The position numbers and the translations under genes were made by a program. Shown here one piece after another: positions 45,727-54,391 of a DNA stretch of 64,000 nt (within the stretch, counting starts at the first letter, position 1; the number at the start of each line of letters is the position of its first letter). The DNA lies in IMG/VR virus record IMGVR_UViG_3300027759_004177, positions 62,001-126,000 of that record. One strand, written 5' to 3'. Under the pieces are notes generated by a model. It had not been told where the DNA came from and did no database searches. It was given only the letters and a program-made list of their open reading frames with translations.

Positions 45727-46480
45727 TGTCATGTGCCTTTGTCCAAGTTACTATTTCCCACCTACCCGAGTGATGCTCAACCAGAGCAGTCATTGATTCG
45801 ACCCAGTCGCCATCATTCATATACACAATGCCATCTATCATCTTTATTTCTGCGTGATGTATGTGTCCACAGATCACACCATCAAAGCCACGTTTCTTAC
45901 AATATGTAGCTAGATTGGTTTCAAACTGAAACATAAAGTCTGCGGCTTTTTTGACACGGTGTTTGAGATACTTGCTTAAACTCCAGTAGCCAAATCCCAA
46001 CTTGTGTCTGATCCAATTAAATCTGCTGTTCCAATCTAATACCAGGTCGTACAGTTTATCGCCCAGGAAACTCAGCCAAGGGGCCAAACGTGTGATTCCA
46101 TCAAACAGGTCTCCGTGGGTGACCAAATATGTTTTGCCATCCGCCCCAATGTGTTCTGTTTGATTTGTTATTTCAACACGTCCAAATCCCATGCCATAAG
46201 GTATGAGTGGTCTCAGAAACTCGTCGTGGTTGCCGGCCACATAGATCACACGTGTGCCACGTTTGGCGTGTCCTAGGATTCTTCTGATTGCATTGGTGTG
46301 GCTTTGTTTCCATCGCCACTTGTTTTGTTGAATCTTCCAGGCGTCAATGATGTCGCCCACTAGATAAAGTGTTTCACAGGTGTTGTGTTTGAGAAAGTTG
46401 TTGAGTTGTTCGGCTTTGCAATCTCTGGTGCCAAAGTGTATGTCACTAATAAAAATTGAGCGATAAGTTTTGGCTGTCAT
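45689..46480 (-). CDS. LpxH-like metallophosphoesterase (UDP-2,3-diacylglucosamine hydrolase family; PlcP-like)
   Basis: YRSIFISDIH.G, LVGDIID, GNHDEFLR, HGDLFD, CGHIH, N.GDWVES. Confidence 0.88.
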   Translation of the reverse strand: MTAKTYRSIFISDIHFGTRDCKAEQLNNFLKHNTCETLYLVGDIIDAWKIQQNKWRWKQSHTNAIRRILGHAKRGTRVIYVAGNHDEFLRPLIPYGMGFGRVEITNQTEHIGADGKTYLVTHGDLFDGITRLAPWLSFLGDKLYDLVLDWNSRFNWIRHKLGFGYWSLSKYLKHRVKKAADFMFQFETNLATYCKKRGFDGVICGHIHHAEIKMIDGIVYMNDGDWVESMTALVEHHSGRWEIVTWTKAHDNVDTDTTGSSHE

Positions 46481-46502
46481 AACCATATTTATCGCTCAAT
46501 GT

Positions 46503-46531
46503 GTTGCAAAGATATTACAGAATTATTACTG
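46503..46531 (-). promoter_or_regulatory. Pho-box-like direct repeats
   Basis: CAGTAAT-aatt-CTGTAAT-atct-TTGCAAC at 11-bp period. Confidence 0.45.
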
Positions 46532-46603
46532 GTTACGGGTTCCAGTGACACCCCATCTTTGTGTCCGCTAAGATTATTTAAGTCTTAGAATATTACGGTT
46601 GTG

Positions 46604-48637
46604 TTAAAAACTAAAACGAGCCTCTATCATAGCACTTTGTACTATGTAATCATATTGTTTGCCATAACCATAACGTAGGCGCACAACACTCTTTGGATCA
46701 ATTGCATATCCAACACTGGCGTAGGCTGTGTTAAAGTTTTGACTGTTGTAAGCATACTCACCTGTTACACGCCAGTCTGTAGCAACCGTGGCGTCATAAC
46801 GTACACCAATGTCTGTGCTGGTCTTGTTTGTGTTGACTGCGTCATATGTCATAGCAGTTAAACTACTACCAGATTCTGCGACCCCGTTGCGACGATTGGT
46901 TTCGTTACGCACACCAACAAAGGGACGTATGTCATTCCACTCTGGTGTGTAAACACGAGCAGTTGCCCACAAGTCTTGACCTTTGGTTGAACTTGTATTT
47001 GCCATGCCCAGTTCAGGTAAACTGTGATTGGTATCAAATGTGTTGGCAGCATAACCAATGTCGTTTTTAAAGATCCAGTCATTGACTGTGTAAGCACTAT
47101 AAATGCCTACGTGGTCTTTGTTTAAACTACCACCTGCATTTGTGCCTGCGGCACCATTTAGGTTAGCCTGACCACGATTGTATTGACCGCCAATGATCCA
47201 GTTTGGAGCAACTTGCCAGTCGTAACCCAGGCCGTATGTCATGCTCTTGTACGAGTAACCACCCACAGAGTTTGATTGGCCGGCGCTGCCTGTCACATAA
47301 AAGGTGTTGCGTTCTGATACATTGAAGTCACCACCCAGCACACGATTGCGATCTAACACATTGCTGTCTAACATGTAGTTCATTGCCTGATTGACATTGC
47401 TCAACTGACTGTATTGATCCACGCGAGTTGAATAGTCATTGGTTTGAATTGCCTGACTGATTTCATTGCCCGATGCACTATTAGAACTGACTGAGTCGGT
47501 TGTGCTCACGGTAACTACAGGAGTTCCATTTGTCACTGTTTGAGTGCCATCGCTGTAAGTTGTGGTAGTCACAGGAGTTGTGGTTGTTGTGACAGTCACA
47601 GGAGTTGTGGTTGTTTGTGTAACTGTAAATGGTGTTGTTACAGTGGTTGTTTTTGTTTGTGTAACTGTCAATGTCTTGGCAGTTTGAGCACCTCTTGCGT
47701 TGTCAATGGCCAAGGCCGCTGCCGCTGTACCGTAAGCAATACTGTTGGTAACTGCGGCGGTCCCGGTTGTGGTTGTTGTGGTAACCGAGTCGACTGTTGT
47801 TGTGCCGGTCACTGTTGGGGCCGAAGGTGGAGGAGTTGGATCTACTGAGGGTGCAACACTACCTGGGTTAGGTGCCACAGCACCAAATGTCTCGCCATTT
47901 TTTGTTACTGTGCCGATTGCATCATTGACCTGTAGCACCGGACTCAGTGCAGTATCACCCTGATTGAATACACCAAAGCCCACTTTGTATGTGCCTGCTG
48001 TTAAAATGTCAAACTGTGCCAACTGCCAACCTGTTGAGCCATAACTGCCAGTTGAGTAGTTGCCTGTGTTGGGGTTGGTAGCACCCAGTAGGGCGTACTG
48101 TCCCAGTACGTTATTGACCTTACCGAATGTGTCGGCTGATCCTGTGTTGACCAAAGTGGCAATACTGCCATCGTTAAACGGCACATAGTCTGTGCTGGTA
48201 TATACCCAGGCCATTTTAAATGTGGCTGGTGCTGTGAATGTGAAATCTTTACTGATCCAAGCAGAACTGGTGATGCCGCCGCCCTGTGACGCTACCAAAG
48301 AATTTAAACTACTAATACTTGAACTGCTCAAACCCAATGCGGTAGTCATTGCAGAATAGTTTTGTTGGCCGCCCGGTTGCATGCCAACCATGTAACTGCC
48401 TGTGTATGGATTGATATTCCATGTGTTAGGACCACAGCAACTAATAGTTTGTGTTCCACTGGTAGTGCTCACACCAATACCGCTTTGCATGTATGGGCCT
48501 GTTTGTGTGCCTGTTCCGCCACCTGCGGTCCAACCGTTGAGGTTGCCGGTGCCAAAACTGTAATCTTGTGTTTGTGCCTGTGCTGAAAAAGCCAGGCATG
48601 CTGCAAAAGCCGCTAGGGCTGTTGTGAAAAACTTCAT
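46604..48637 (-). CDS. autotransporter-like outer membrane protein
   Basis: signal peptide, beta-rich passenger, Pro/Thr-rich stalk, C-terminal barrel ending ARFSF. Confidence 0.75.
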   Translation of the reverse strand: MKFFTTALAAFAACLAFSAQAQTQDYSFGTGNLNGWTAGGGTGTQTGPYMQSGIGVSTTSGTQTISCCGPNTWNINPYTGSYMVGMQPGGQQNYSAMTTALGLSSSSISSLNSLVASQGGGITSSAWISKDFTFTAPATFKMAWVYTSTDYVPFNDGSIATLVNTGSADTFGKVNNVLGQYALLGATNPNTGNYSTGSYGSTGWQLAQFDILTAGTYKVGFGVFNQGDTALSPVLQVNDAIGTVTKNGETFGAVAPNPGSVAPSVDPTPPPSAPTVTGTTTVDSVTTTTTTGTAAVTNSIAYGTAAAALAIDNARGAQTAKTLTVTQTKTTTVTTPFTVTQTTTTPVTVTTTTTPVTTTTYSDGTQTVTNGTPVVTVSTTDSVSSNSASGNEISQAIQTNDYSTRVDQYSQLSNVNQAMNYMLDSNVLDRNRVLGGDFNVSERNTFYVTGSAGQSNSVGGYSYKSMTYGLGYDWQVAPNWIIGGQYNRGQANLNGAAGTNAGGSLNKDHVGIYSAYTVNDWIFKNDIGYAANTFDTNHSLPELGMANTSSTKGQDLWATARVYTPEWNDIRPFVGVRNETNRRNGVAESGSSLTAMTYDAVNTNKTSTDIGVRYDATVATDWRVTGEYAYNSQNFNTAYASVGYAIDPKSVVRLRYGYGKQYDYIVQSAMIEARFSF

Positions 48638-48729
48638 TTTCGAGATCCTTTTTATTATTTTTCTTGATCTCGATACTCATACATCATTGATCCCGTACTG
48701 GGTGTTCAGCAAATCTCAAATTTACAAAA

Positions 48730-48888
48730 TTATTTATTGGGTTTTTGTTCTCGGTTTTGTGGTATTAGATCGGCCCAGTGTCGATAACAGGTCTTGAGAT
48801 ATTGAGTGTTATCGCCTACCTTGCTGTAGACTTGTGCGCCGTGTTCACAACCTGGTACCTGGCATACTGGTGGGATTCCTGTGATCAT
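48730..48888 (-). CDS. 52-aa possible zinc-binding protein
   Basis: CQVPGC...CYRH; GGAGG SD. Confidence 0.5.
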   Translation of the reverse strand: MITGIPPVCQVPGCEHGAQVYSKVGDNTQYLKTCYRHWADLIPQNREQKPNK

Positions 48889-49076
48889 ATGTAGACTACC
48901 TCCCGTAAAAATGGATATTTCATAACAACAAAATCTCTGTATTCTTCGGGTACAAAAAATTCAACCACGTAACCGCGATGCGTTTCAAAATATCCGCCTG
49001 CCTGTTGAACGTACAGGCTCACATCATCCAACACGTTTCTACCGTGATGAAAATATCTTGCTGTAAATGATATCAT
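48885..49076 (-). CDS. hypothetical protein
   Basis: GGAG SD, operon position. Confidence 0.65.
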   Translation of the reverse strand: MISFTARYFHHGRNVLDDVSLYVQQAGGYFETHRGYVVEFFVPEEYRDFVVMKYPFLREVVYI

Positions 49077-49088
49077 TGATTGTCTCCA

Positions 49089-50531
49089 TTATTGTCTTAC
49101 GGTTATTACCCCGCATCCGCCGGCTGTCACACAGGTTGTTGTTATGTTATATACTGCTCCACCCGATTGTATCAGATCTACTGACCCCGGACCGCCTGAG
49201 TTGTTGATTGTGATTGAAGCACGATTAGCCGTGGCTCCTTCTTGTACTGCTGTTATGGTATTGCCATTGCCAGTTAGAGTACTTTCCAGATAGTGTTGTC
49301 CGCCATCTTTTTGTACAACCGACACAGTATTGTTGTTGCCTGTGACTGTGTTGAACAAGGTTTTGTTGGCATTATTGGTCTGCGTGGCATTTACTGTGTT
49401 GGTATTACCGTTGATAGTGGTTTCCATATAGTGTCCACCCACACCGCCAGTGTTGTTTTGTTGCGTGGTCACAGAATTGTAATAACCAGTAACATCCACA
49501 CGCTGATAGTGATTGTTAGAACTGTTGGTTGATGTTCCTGTGGCAGTTACACTTTGATTCAAATTTAAAACGTTGTTGCCGCCTACCACACGCATTTCTA
49601 TTGTGTTTTTACCTGCGGTATCTAGGTCGCCTTGGCGTACAGTAATGCTATTACTACTGCCTTGTATCTGTACAGCCTGTTGCCCTATGCCCTTGAGTTC
49701 GTTGGCACGACCTGATTGCGTGACATTAACGGTATTGTTATCACCCACTTGATCTATGTATATGGTGTTGTTGACCACGCTTTTGGTTTGAAACGCTGTA
49801 ACTCTGGACTGTTGTTCGGTTGTAATATTGGCTGTGTATGTGGGTGCTGGAGGTGGCGCACTATATCCTCCAGCGGATCCACTGGTAGAACCGCCTGTGA
49901 CCGAGTAGTTACCGCCATTGACTGGTGCTCCGTTGTTTATAACGCAGGTTTGTGTTCCGCTGTATAGGGCACAACTTTGCCAGCCATTGCTACTGGTCCA
50001 GCCTTGAGCATAGCCGTTGGTTCCGTACACACCAAATCCTGGGTTATATAAAATGTTAGGGCCGCCGTTAAAACTCAAACTTGGGTCGATAATATACGGT
50101 CCATAGTTGCCGGCCCAGTAGCCGCCGTCTTTGCCATAGAACTCTACCTTAACATACGCAACTGAGGCACAGCTTCCACCACAGTTGGTAGTTGTTAGTG
50201 TATATGTTGTGGGGGCGGTAGCTCCGTAGACCAAGGTGTTGGCCTGCTGTACTGTGTTAACGATTTGGTTGCTGCTATTATAAAAAACCAGTCTTATGGT
50301 AAACGGATCGCCCGGAGCACGACCACCACCATCCATTGCCTGCACAGAAAGAGTTAGTGTTCCGCCGGTCTGCATGGCACTATCGAAAACCACAGTCTGA
50401 CTGACTGTTGCAAAGTTGTAGCCCATCTTAAGGGCATTAGACGTTGTTTGTGCTTTTACCAAACCCAAACAGGACAGCTCTAACAAGGCCACAGCAAAAA
50501 TTATCAACAGGTATGTAAACAATCTTTTCAT
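49089..50531 (-). CDS. secreted FBA-like lectin plus curlin-repeat protein (CsgB-like)
   Basis: FYGKDGGYWAGNYGP; NTIYIDQVGDNN and repeated QxGxxN. Confidence 0.7.
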   Translation of the reverse strand: MKRLFTYLLIIFAVALLELSCLGLVKAQTTSNALKMGYNFATVSQTVVFDSAMQTGGTLTLSVQAMDGGGRAPGDPFTIRLVFYNSSNQIVNTVQQANTLVYGATAPTTYTLTTTNCGGSCASVAYVKVEFYGKDGGYWAGNYGPYIIDPSLSFNGGPNILYNPGFGVYGTNGYAQGWTSSNGWQSCALYSGTQTCVINNGAPVNGGNYSVTGGSTSGSAGGYSAPPPAPTYTANITTEQQSRVTAFQTKSVVNNTIYIDQVGDNNTVNVTQSGRANELKGIGQQAVQIQGSSNSITVRQGDLDTAGKNTIEMRVVGGNNVLNLNQSVTATGTSTNSSNNHYQRVDVTGYYNSVTTQQNNTGGVGGHYMETTINGNTNTVNATQTNNANKTLFNTVTGNNNTVSVVQKDGGQHYLESTLTGNGNTITAVQEGATANRASITINNSGGPGSVDLIQSGGAVYNITTTCVTAGGCGVITVRQ

Positions 50532-51649
50532 TAGTTCTGCCTTAGTGTTATTGTAGTTCCACCGCCTGAGTTTACACGATTTTTAATTTCTATACTGCCT
50601 TGTATCTGATAAATTGTGGTGTTTTGATTTTTAGGCACAGTCACACTTTGTACATTGCTTCCATCGTCTCTGGTCAAGTTCACTGAGTAGTCATCCACTG
50701 ATGCTACAACACCCGTGGTGGCCACATAGTCCGGTAACAATCCACTTTTAGCTGTGTTTAAAAAATCCAATTGAGCAGCCATCTGTGCGTTGATGATATC
50801 TAAGATATTGGCTAAGAGATTCTGATCTAGCAAACTGGTACTAAGAAAATCTTTAAAATGTGTTTCTTGGGCTGTCAACATGTTGACCAAGCCATTTTCA
50901 CGTAAAAAATCTACATCCAAGGCTCCTTTAGCAACGGCTCGTTGTGTAGTTTGAACTTCATTGAGTTCTTTGGGCGGTGCCACAATCAACATGTTGTTGA
51001 TGGCATCAGGGGAGAGATTGACTATGACCGGACGTGTGGGGAAACTTGAGCGTGTTTCTATCTTGGTGGCTTGAAATGGTTTATTTAATATTACACTACC
51101 AGCATCGTTGCTGACTGATATTTCTCCAGTTTTACAATCACGTTCCACATTGACCCAACCACGTGGACAACTGGGCAACAAGATTATAGTTGATGCACCC
51201 AGCTCGTCTACTGTAGCAGTAAAGTCTGTACCGCGTACACCAACAGTAGCGGTAGGAGTATTAAGGGCAACATTTTGAGGACTGTTTTTAGCGATCTGTC
51301 CTGACGCATATCTCACTGTTCCTGCGGCCACATTGACTGCTAACTTGCCGCCTTTGGTTGACTTGGGATCGTATACAAAATCGTCAATGACCAACCTGCT
51401 GTTTTCATTGACCTGTACTTTGGTATCATCGGCAAAAGTTATGCCAACTTTACCCGCTGTGGTTTTTACCGCGTCCTGCATCTCCACTCGAGTTCCCTTG
51501 GTCCCAGTGAGCGTCGTCTTCTGTCGTTGTATCGAAGGCGGGCTGTTCACTTGCTCCGTTATGGTACCAATCGCGGCTTCTAAGTTCATGGATGTACTCA
51601 GCAAGAGTACGCATAGTGTCAGGTTGCATAATTTGTTCCCCTTATACAT
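50531..51649 (-). CDS. FecR-domain secreted protein
   Basis: F.DDT...ENS.L.ID.FVYDP, TPTATVGVRGTDF. Confidence 0.85.
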   Translation of the reverse strand: MYKGNKLCNLTLCVLLLSTSMNLEAAIGTITEQVNSPPSIQRQKTTLTGTKGTRVEMQDAVKTTAGKVGITFADDTKVQVNENSRLVIDDFVYDPKSTKGGKLAVNVAAGTVRYASGQIAKNSPQNVALNTPTATVGVRGTDFTATVDELGASTIILLPSCPRGWVNVERDCKTGEISVSNDAGSVILNKPFQATKIETRSSFPTRPVIVNLSPDAINNMLIVAPPKELNEVQTTQRAVAKGALDVDFLRENGLVNMLTAQETHFKDFLSTSLLDQNLLANILDIINAQMAAQLDFLNTAKSGLLPDYVATTGVVASVDDYSVNLTRDDGSNVQSVTVPKNQNTTIYQIQGSIEIKNRVNSGGGTTITLRQN

Positions 51650-51659
51650 TTATAATCGC

Positions 51660-52451
51660 TTATCTAGCAGTTTGGTTTATAGTTACGCTATTTCCATTTC
51701 CACTGCTACTGGTAAAATTAAACACATTAGCCGCAACACCACCAGACTGTGTCACAGTAAAAGTATTACTACTACCAGTCTGTGTTATACTTGCGGTATG
51801 TCCGCCATCAGCTTGACTTACAGTAAATGAGTTACTGGCCCCCACGGCTGTGATTGTGGCGCTGTTACTGTTACCAGTTTGTGTAACTGTAGCATTATTG
51901 CCACCGCCACCAGTTAGGCTGATGTTTTGTGTATTGGTGTTGCCTTCAACAACGCCAGTAAATGTATTGTTGGCACCACCTGCGGTATTTACAGTTACAC
52001 TATTATCATCGCCCTTGATGTTAAGATTGGCAGTGGCATTATTACCTGACTGTGTGATATTCACAGTATTTCCCGATGCTGTACTGTCATTGGCATTATT
52101 TAAATTAATAATACCTGCGGCGTTGTTACCCGTGACACTATAATTTACCGTGTTACCAGTGGTTCCTGTGCCTGTGCCACGATTGATTCCTAAACTCAAG
52201 GTATTACTACTACCAACCTGATTCACCGTCACTTCGTTACCGTCACCATAGATGCCGGATGGGGTAGTGTTGCTGGTTCCTGTGCCTTGTATGCCGCGTA
52301 CCACGTTGCCTGTTCCGTCTTGTGTAATAGAAATGGTGGCGTTGTCACCTGTTTGATCAATGTAGATACTGTTATCCACAGCATGCACACTCACACTCAT
52401 CACAATACCTAGCAGGATTGTTGTTACTTTTGTCGCTAGTTTGTGTTTCAT
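51660..52451 (-). CDS. curlin-repeat protein (CsgA/CsgB-like)
   Basis: signal peptide; many ~22-aa (I/V)xQxGxxNxA repeats, rich in Gly/Asn/Thr. Confidence 0.8.
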   Translation of the reverse strand: MKHKLATKVTTILLGIVMSVSVHAVDNSIYIDQTGDNATISITQDGTGNVVRGIQGTGTSNTTPSGIYGDGNEVTVNQVGSSNTLSLGINRGTGTGTTGNTVNYSVTGNNAAGIINLNNANDSTASGNTVNITQSGNNATANLNIKGDDNSVTVNTAGGANNTFTGVVEGNTNTQNISLTGGGGNNATVTQTGNSNSATITAVGASNSFTVSQADGGHTASITQTGSSNTFTVTQSGGVAANVFNFTSSSGNGNSVTINQTAR

Positions 52452-52472
52452 AATACTTCTTCCTTTTTGACC

Positions 52473-53807
52473 TTATTTGGTCTCTACTTTACCACTCTTG
52501 ACCTTTTGTTCGTTGACCCCAACAACCAACGGTGTTGCTGATACTACTTTTTGTAAAACATAACCACCCCTACCTTGATGATCCTTAACCCGTAGCCACT
52601 CACCTTCGATAGCAACTACTGTTAATTCTGTACCACGAAGAAATTGCCAAGTTCTTTGGCTGGTTTCTCGTGTTTCTTTATAAATGTATTCTGTTTCTCG
52701 TAACCAAACTCGATTGGCCACTGGTTCTTTTGTTTTTACTTCGGACTGTACTCGTTTCACGCTGTCAGCTAGATTTTCCCCAGGACGGCGTTCCAGACTG
52801 GTAGGAGCTGGTGCTGGTTTTGCTTCCGGTTGTGACGTTACAGGGGCTTGGACTGGTGCTTTGGTTTCTGTGACTGCGACTGGCCCTGGCTCTGGTTTTT
52901 TGGCTGGTTGTTCTGCGACTGGCGTAGGCGGTGTAACTGTTGTAACAGGTTTGACATCATTTCGTGTTTCCTCTCGCTTAAAGCTCCAAACGCCTTTGCG
53001 TTCACCTTCTTTGATCAATTCAACCACGGCAGCTTCCACTGTGGCTTTGACTGCCAAAGTGCCAGGCTCGTTAATTGTTAATCCAGTTTCAAATTCAAAC
53101 ATACTGGCAGTCGGGCTAAGTGCGTTGCTGGCACTACCAAAAACTTGACTAGCAATATTTTTATTTTCAATAAACTTTAGCACAGCCACACTATCTGATG
53201 TGCTGTAAACTATCTTGGTCACACTCACGGCGGCCAAGACCTTGCCGGTGTTCACACTCACGGCTCGTAGACTAATAGTTACAGTATCTTTGCTATACTG
53301 TGTCTGTGGGCCAATGCCCAAAAATCTATAAGCGGCACCACCAGACTCTGAGCTGGAGTCATAGCCAATGATACCACCTTCCATGATGATGCCGGCAAAT
53401 TGTAGGGGCATCAAGGGCTTGGCACCAGGTCCCTCGTAAGCTTCACGCATTTGTCGTATGATGGTACGTTCTTTGGTCAAGCTATCTATGCCCACACGTT
53501 CTACTACATCAAACCACTCACCACGACCCACGTCTTGTAAGGCCTTGATCAGGAACACTTCGGCACCTTGGGTCACTGCCGAGCTCAAGCTGGCTATGCC
53601 CGGGGTAGGTTTACGCTGACCAGTTTTATCAGCAAAACTGTAAACTGCCGCTGTGACTTTCTTGCCATTGGGTGGTGGTAATGTATCAAACTCTTTCTGC
53701 ATTTTGTTGGGCGTGGGTTCAGGACGATATTCAGTGATGCTAGTTTTTTGCGTGGCAGCACAACCAGTTAAGATAGCGACAAAGAGTAAGGTGAATAATG
53801 TACGCAT
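52473..53807 (-). CDS. csgG: curli secretion channel CsgG with C-terminal SH3-like domain
   Basis: lipobox LTGC; AVYSF.DKTGQRKP, S.AVTQGA, FDVVER, EGGIIGYD. Confidence 0.9.
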   Translation of the reverse strand: MRTLFTLLFVAILTGCAATQKTSITEYRPEPTPNKMQKEFDTLPPPNGKKVTAAVYSFADKTGQRKPTPGIASLSSAVTQGAEVFLIKALQDVGRGEWFDVVERVGIDSLTKERTIIRQMREAYEGPGAKPLMPLQFAGIIMEGGIIGYDSSSESGGAAYRFLGIGPQTQYSKDTVTISLRAVSVNTGKVLAAVSVTKIVYSTSDSVAVLKFIENKNIASQVFGSASNALSPTASMFEFETGLTINEPGTLAVKATVEAAVVELIKEGERKGVWSFKREETRNDVKPVTTVTPPTPVAEQPAKKPEPGPVAVTETKAPVQAPVTSQPEAKPAPAPTSLERRPGENLADSVKRVQSEVKTKEPVANRVWLRETEYIYKETRETSQRTWQFLRGTELTVVAIEGEWLRVKDHQGRGGYVLQKVVSATPLVVGVNEQKVKSGKVETK

Positions 53808-54287
53808 TTAACTTCCAAACTGAAATGTACCCAGCGGTACTGTAATTGTGGTTTGGTTGCCCACTGTGTCTGTGACCTGCAGATAAATGTTGCTACTGTC
53901 TTTGCTCCAGAAAATAGTATTGCCCTCAAAGTTCAAAGTACCTGAACAACCCACGCTGTTGCTGCCACTACAGTTGTTGTTGGCAAACATGGCAGTGGCC
54001 AAGTTTTGACTGATCTGAGCGTAGATACGCGACTCTAAGTTGTTTAAAAACTTTTGTATGTTGGTATTTTGTTTATCGGCTTTGGCCTTGTCAATGGCTG
54101 CTTGGATGTCTTTGGCCACCTGTGCTCTGCGTGAAAACTCTTGATTTTCGATAGTAAGGACGTGACTACTGTAACCTGAACCATTGAAACTTGGGCTTTT
54201 AAAACTGTAATCATTGAAAGGGGCGCCGTAGATAGTGGTCGACCACACAGCGATTAAGGTTAGAATAACCTGGTTAAACATACGCAT
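53808..54287 (-). CDS. csgF: curli assembly protein CsgF
   Basis: FKSPSFNG..Y, F..NLESRIYAQIS, QTTITVP; directly upstream of csgG. Confidence 0.75.
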   Translation of the reverse strand: MRMFNQVILTLIAVWSTTIYGAPFNDYSFKSPSFNGSGYSSHVLTIENQEFSRRAQVAKDIQAAIDKAKADKQNTNIQKFLNNLESRIYAQISQNLATAMFANNNCSGSNSVGCSGTLNFEGNTIFWSKDSSNIYLQVTDTVGNQTTITVPLGTFQFGS

Positions 54288-54391
54288 ACTGCTACCTCTT
54301 TTTATTATTATTATCGGTAGTAGAATCGTCAAGACTCTAGCTCCTATTAGTATTTAACAGGATCTAGCACAAATTAAGTGGTGGTTTTAAT

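Noticed and set aside
47520-47820. Short DNA repeats as DGR or contingency locus
   Set aside because: Explained by Thr/Val/Pro low-complexity coding; no reverse transcriptase or adenine-specific variation
51333-53148. Long antisense ORFs over curlin, FecR and csgG (and similar ORFs elsewhere)
   Set aside because: Shadow frames caused by codon bias of the real genes; no SD or family motifs
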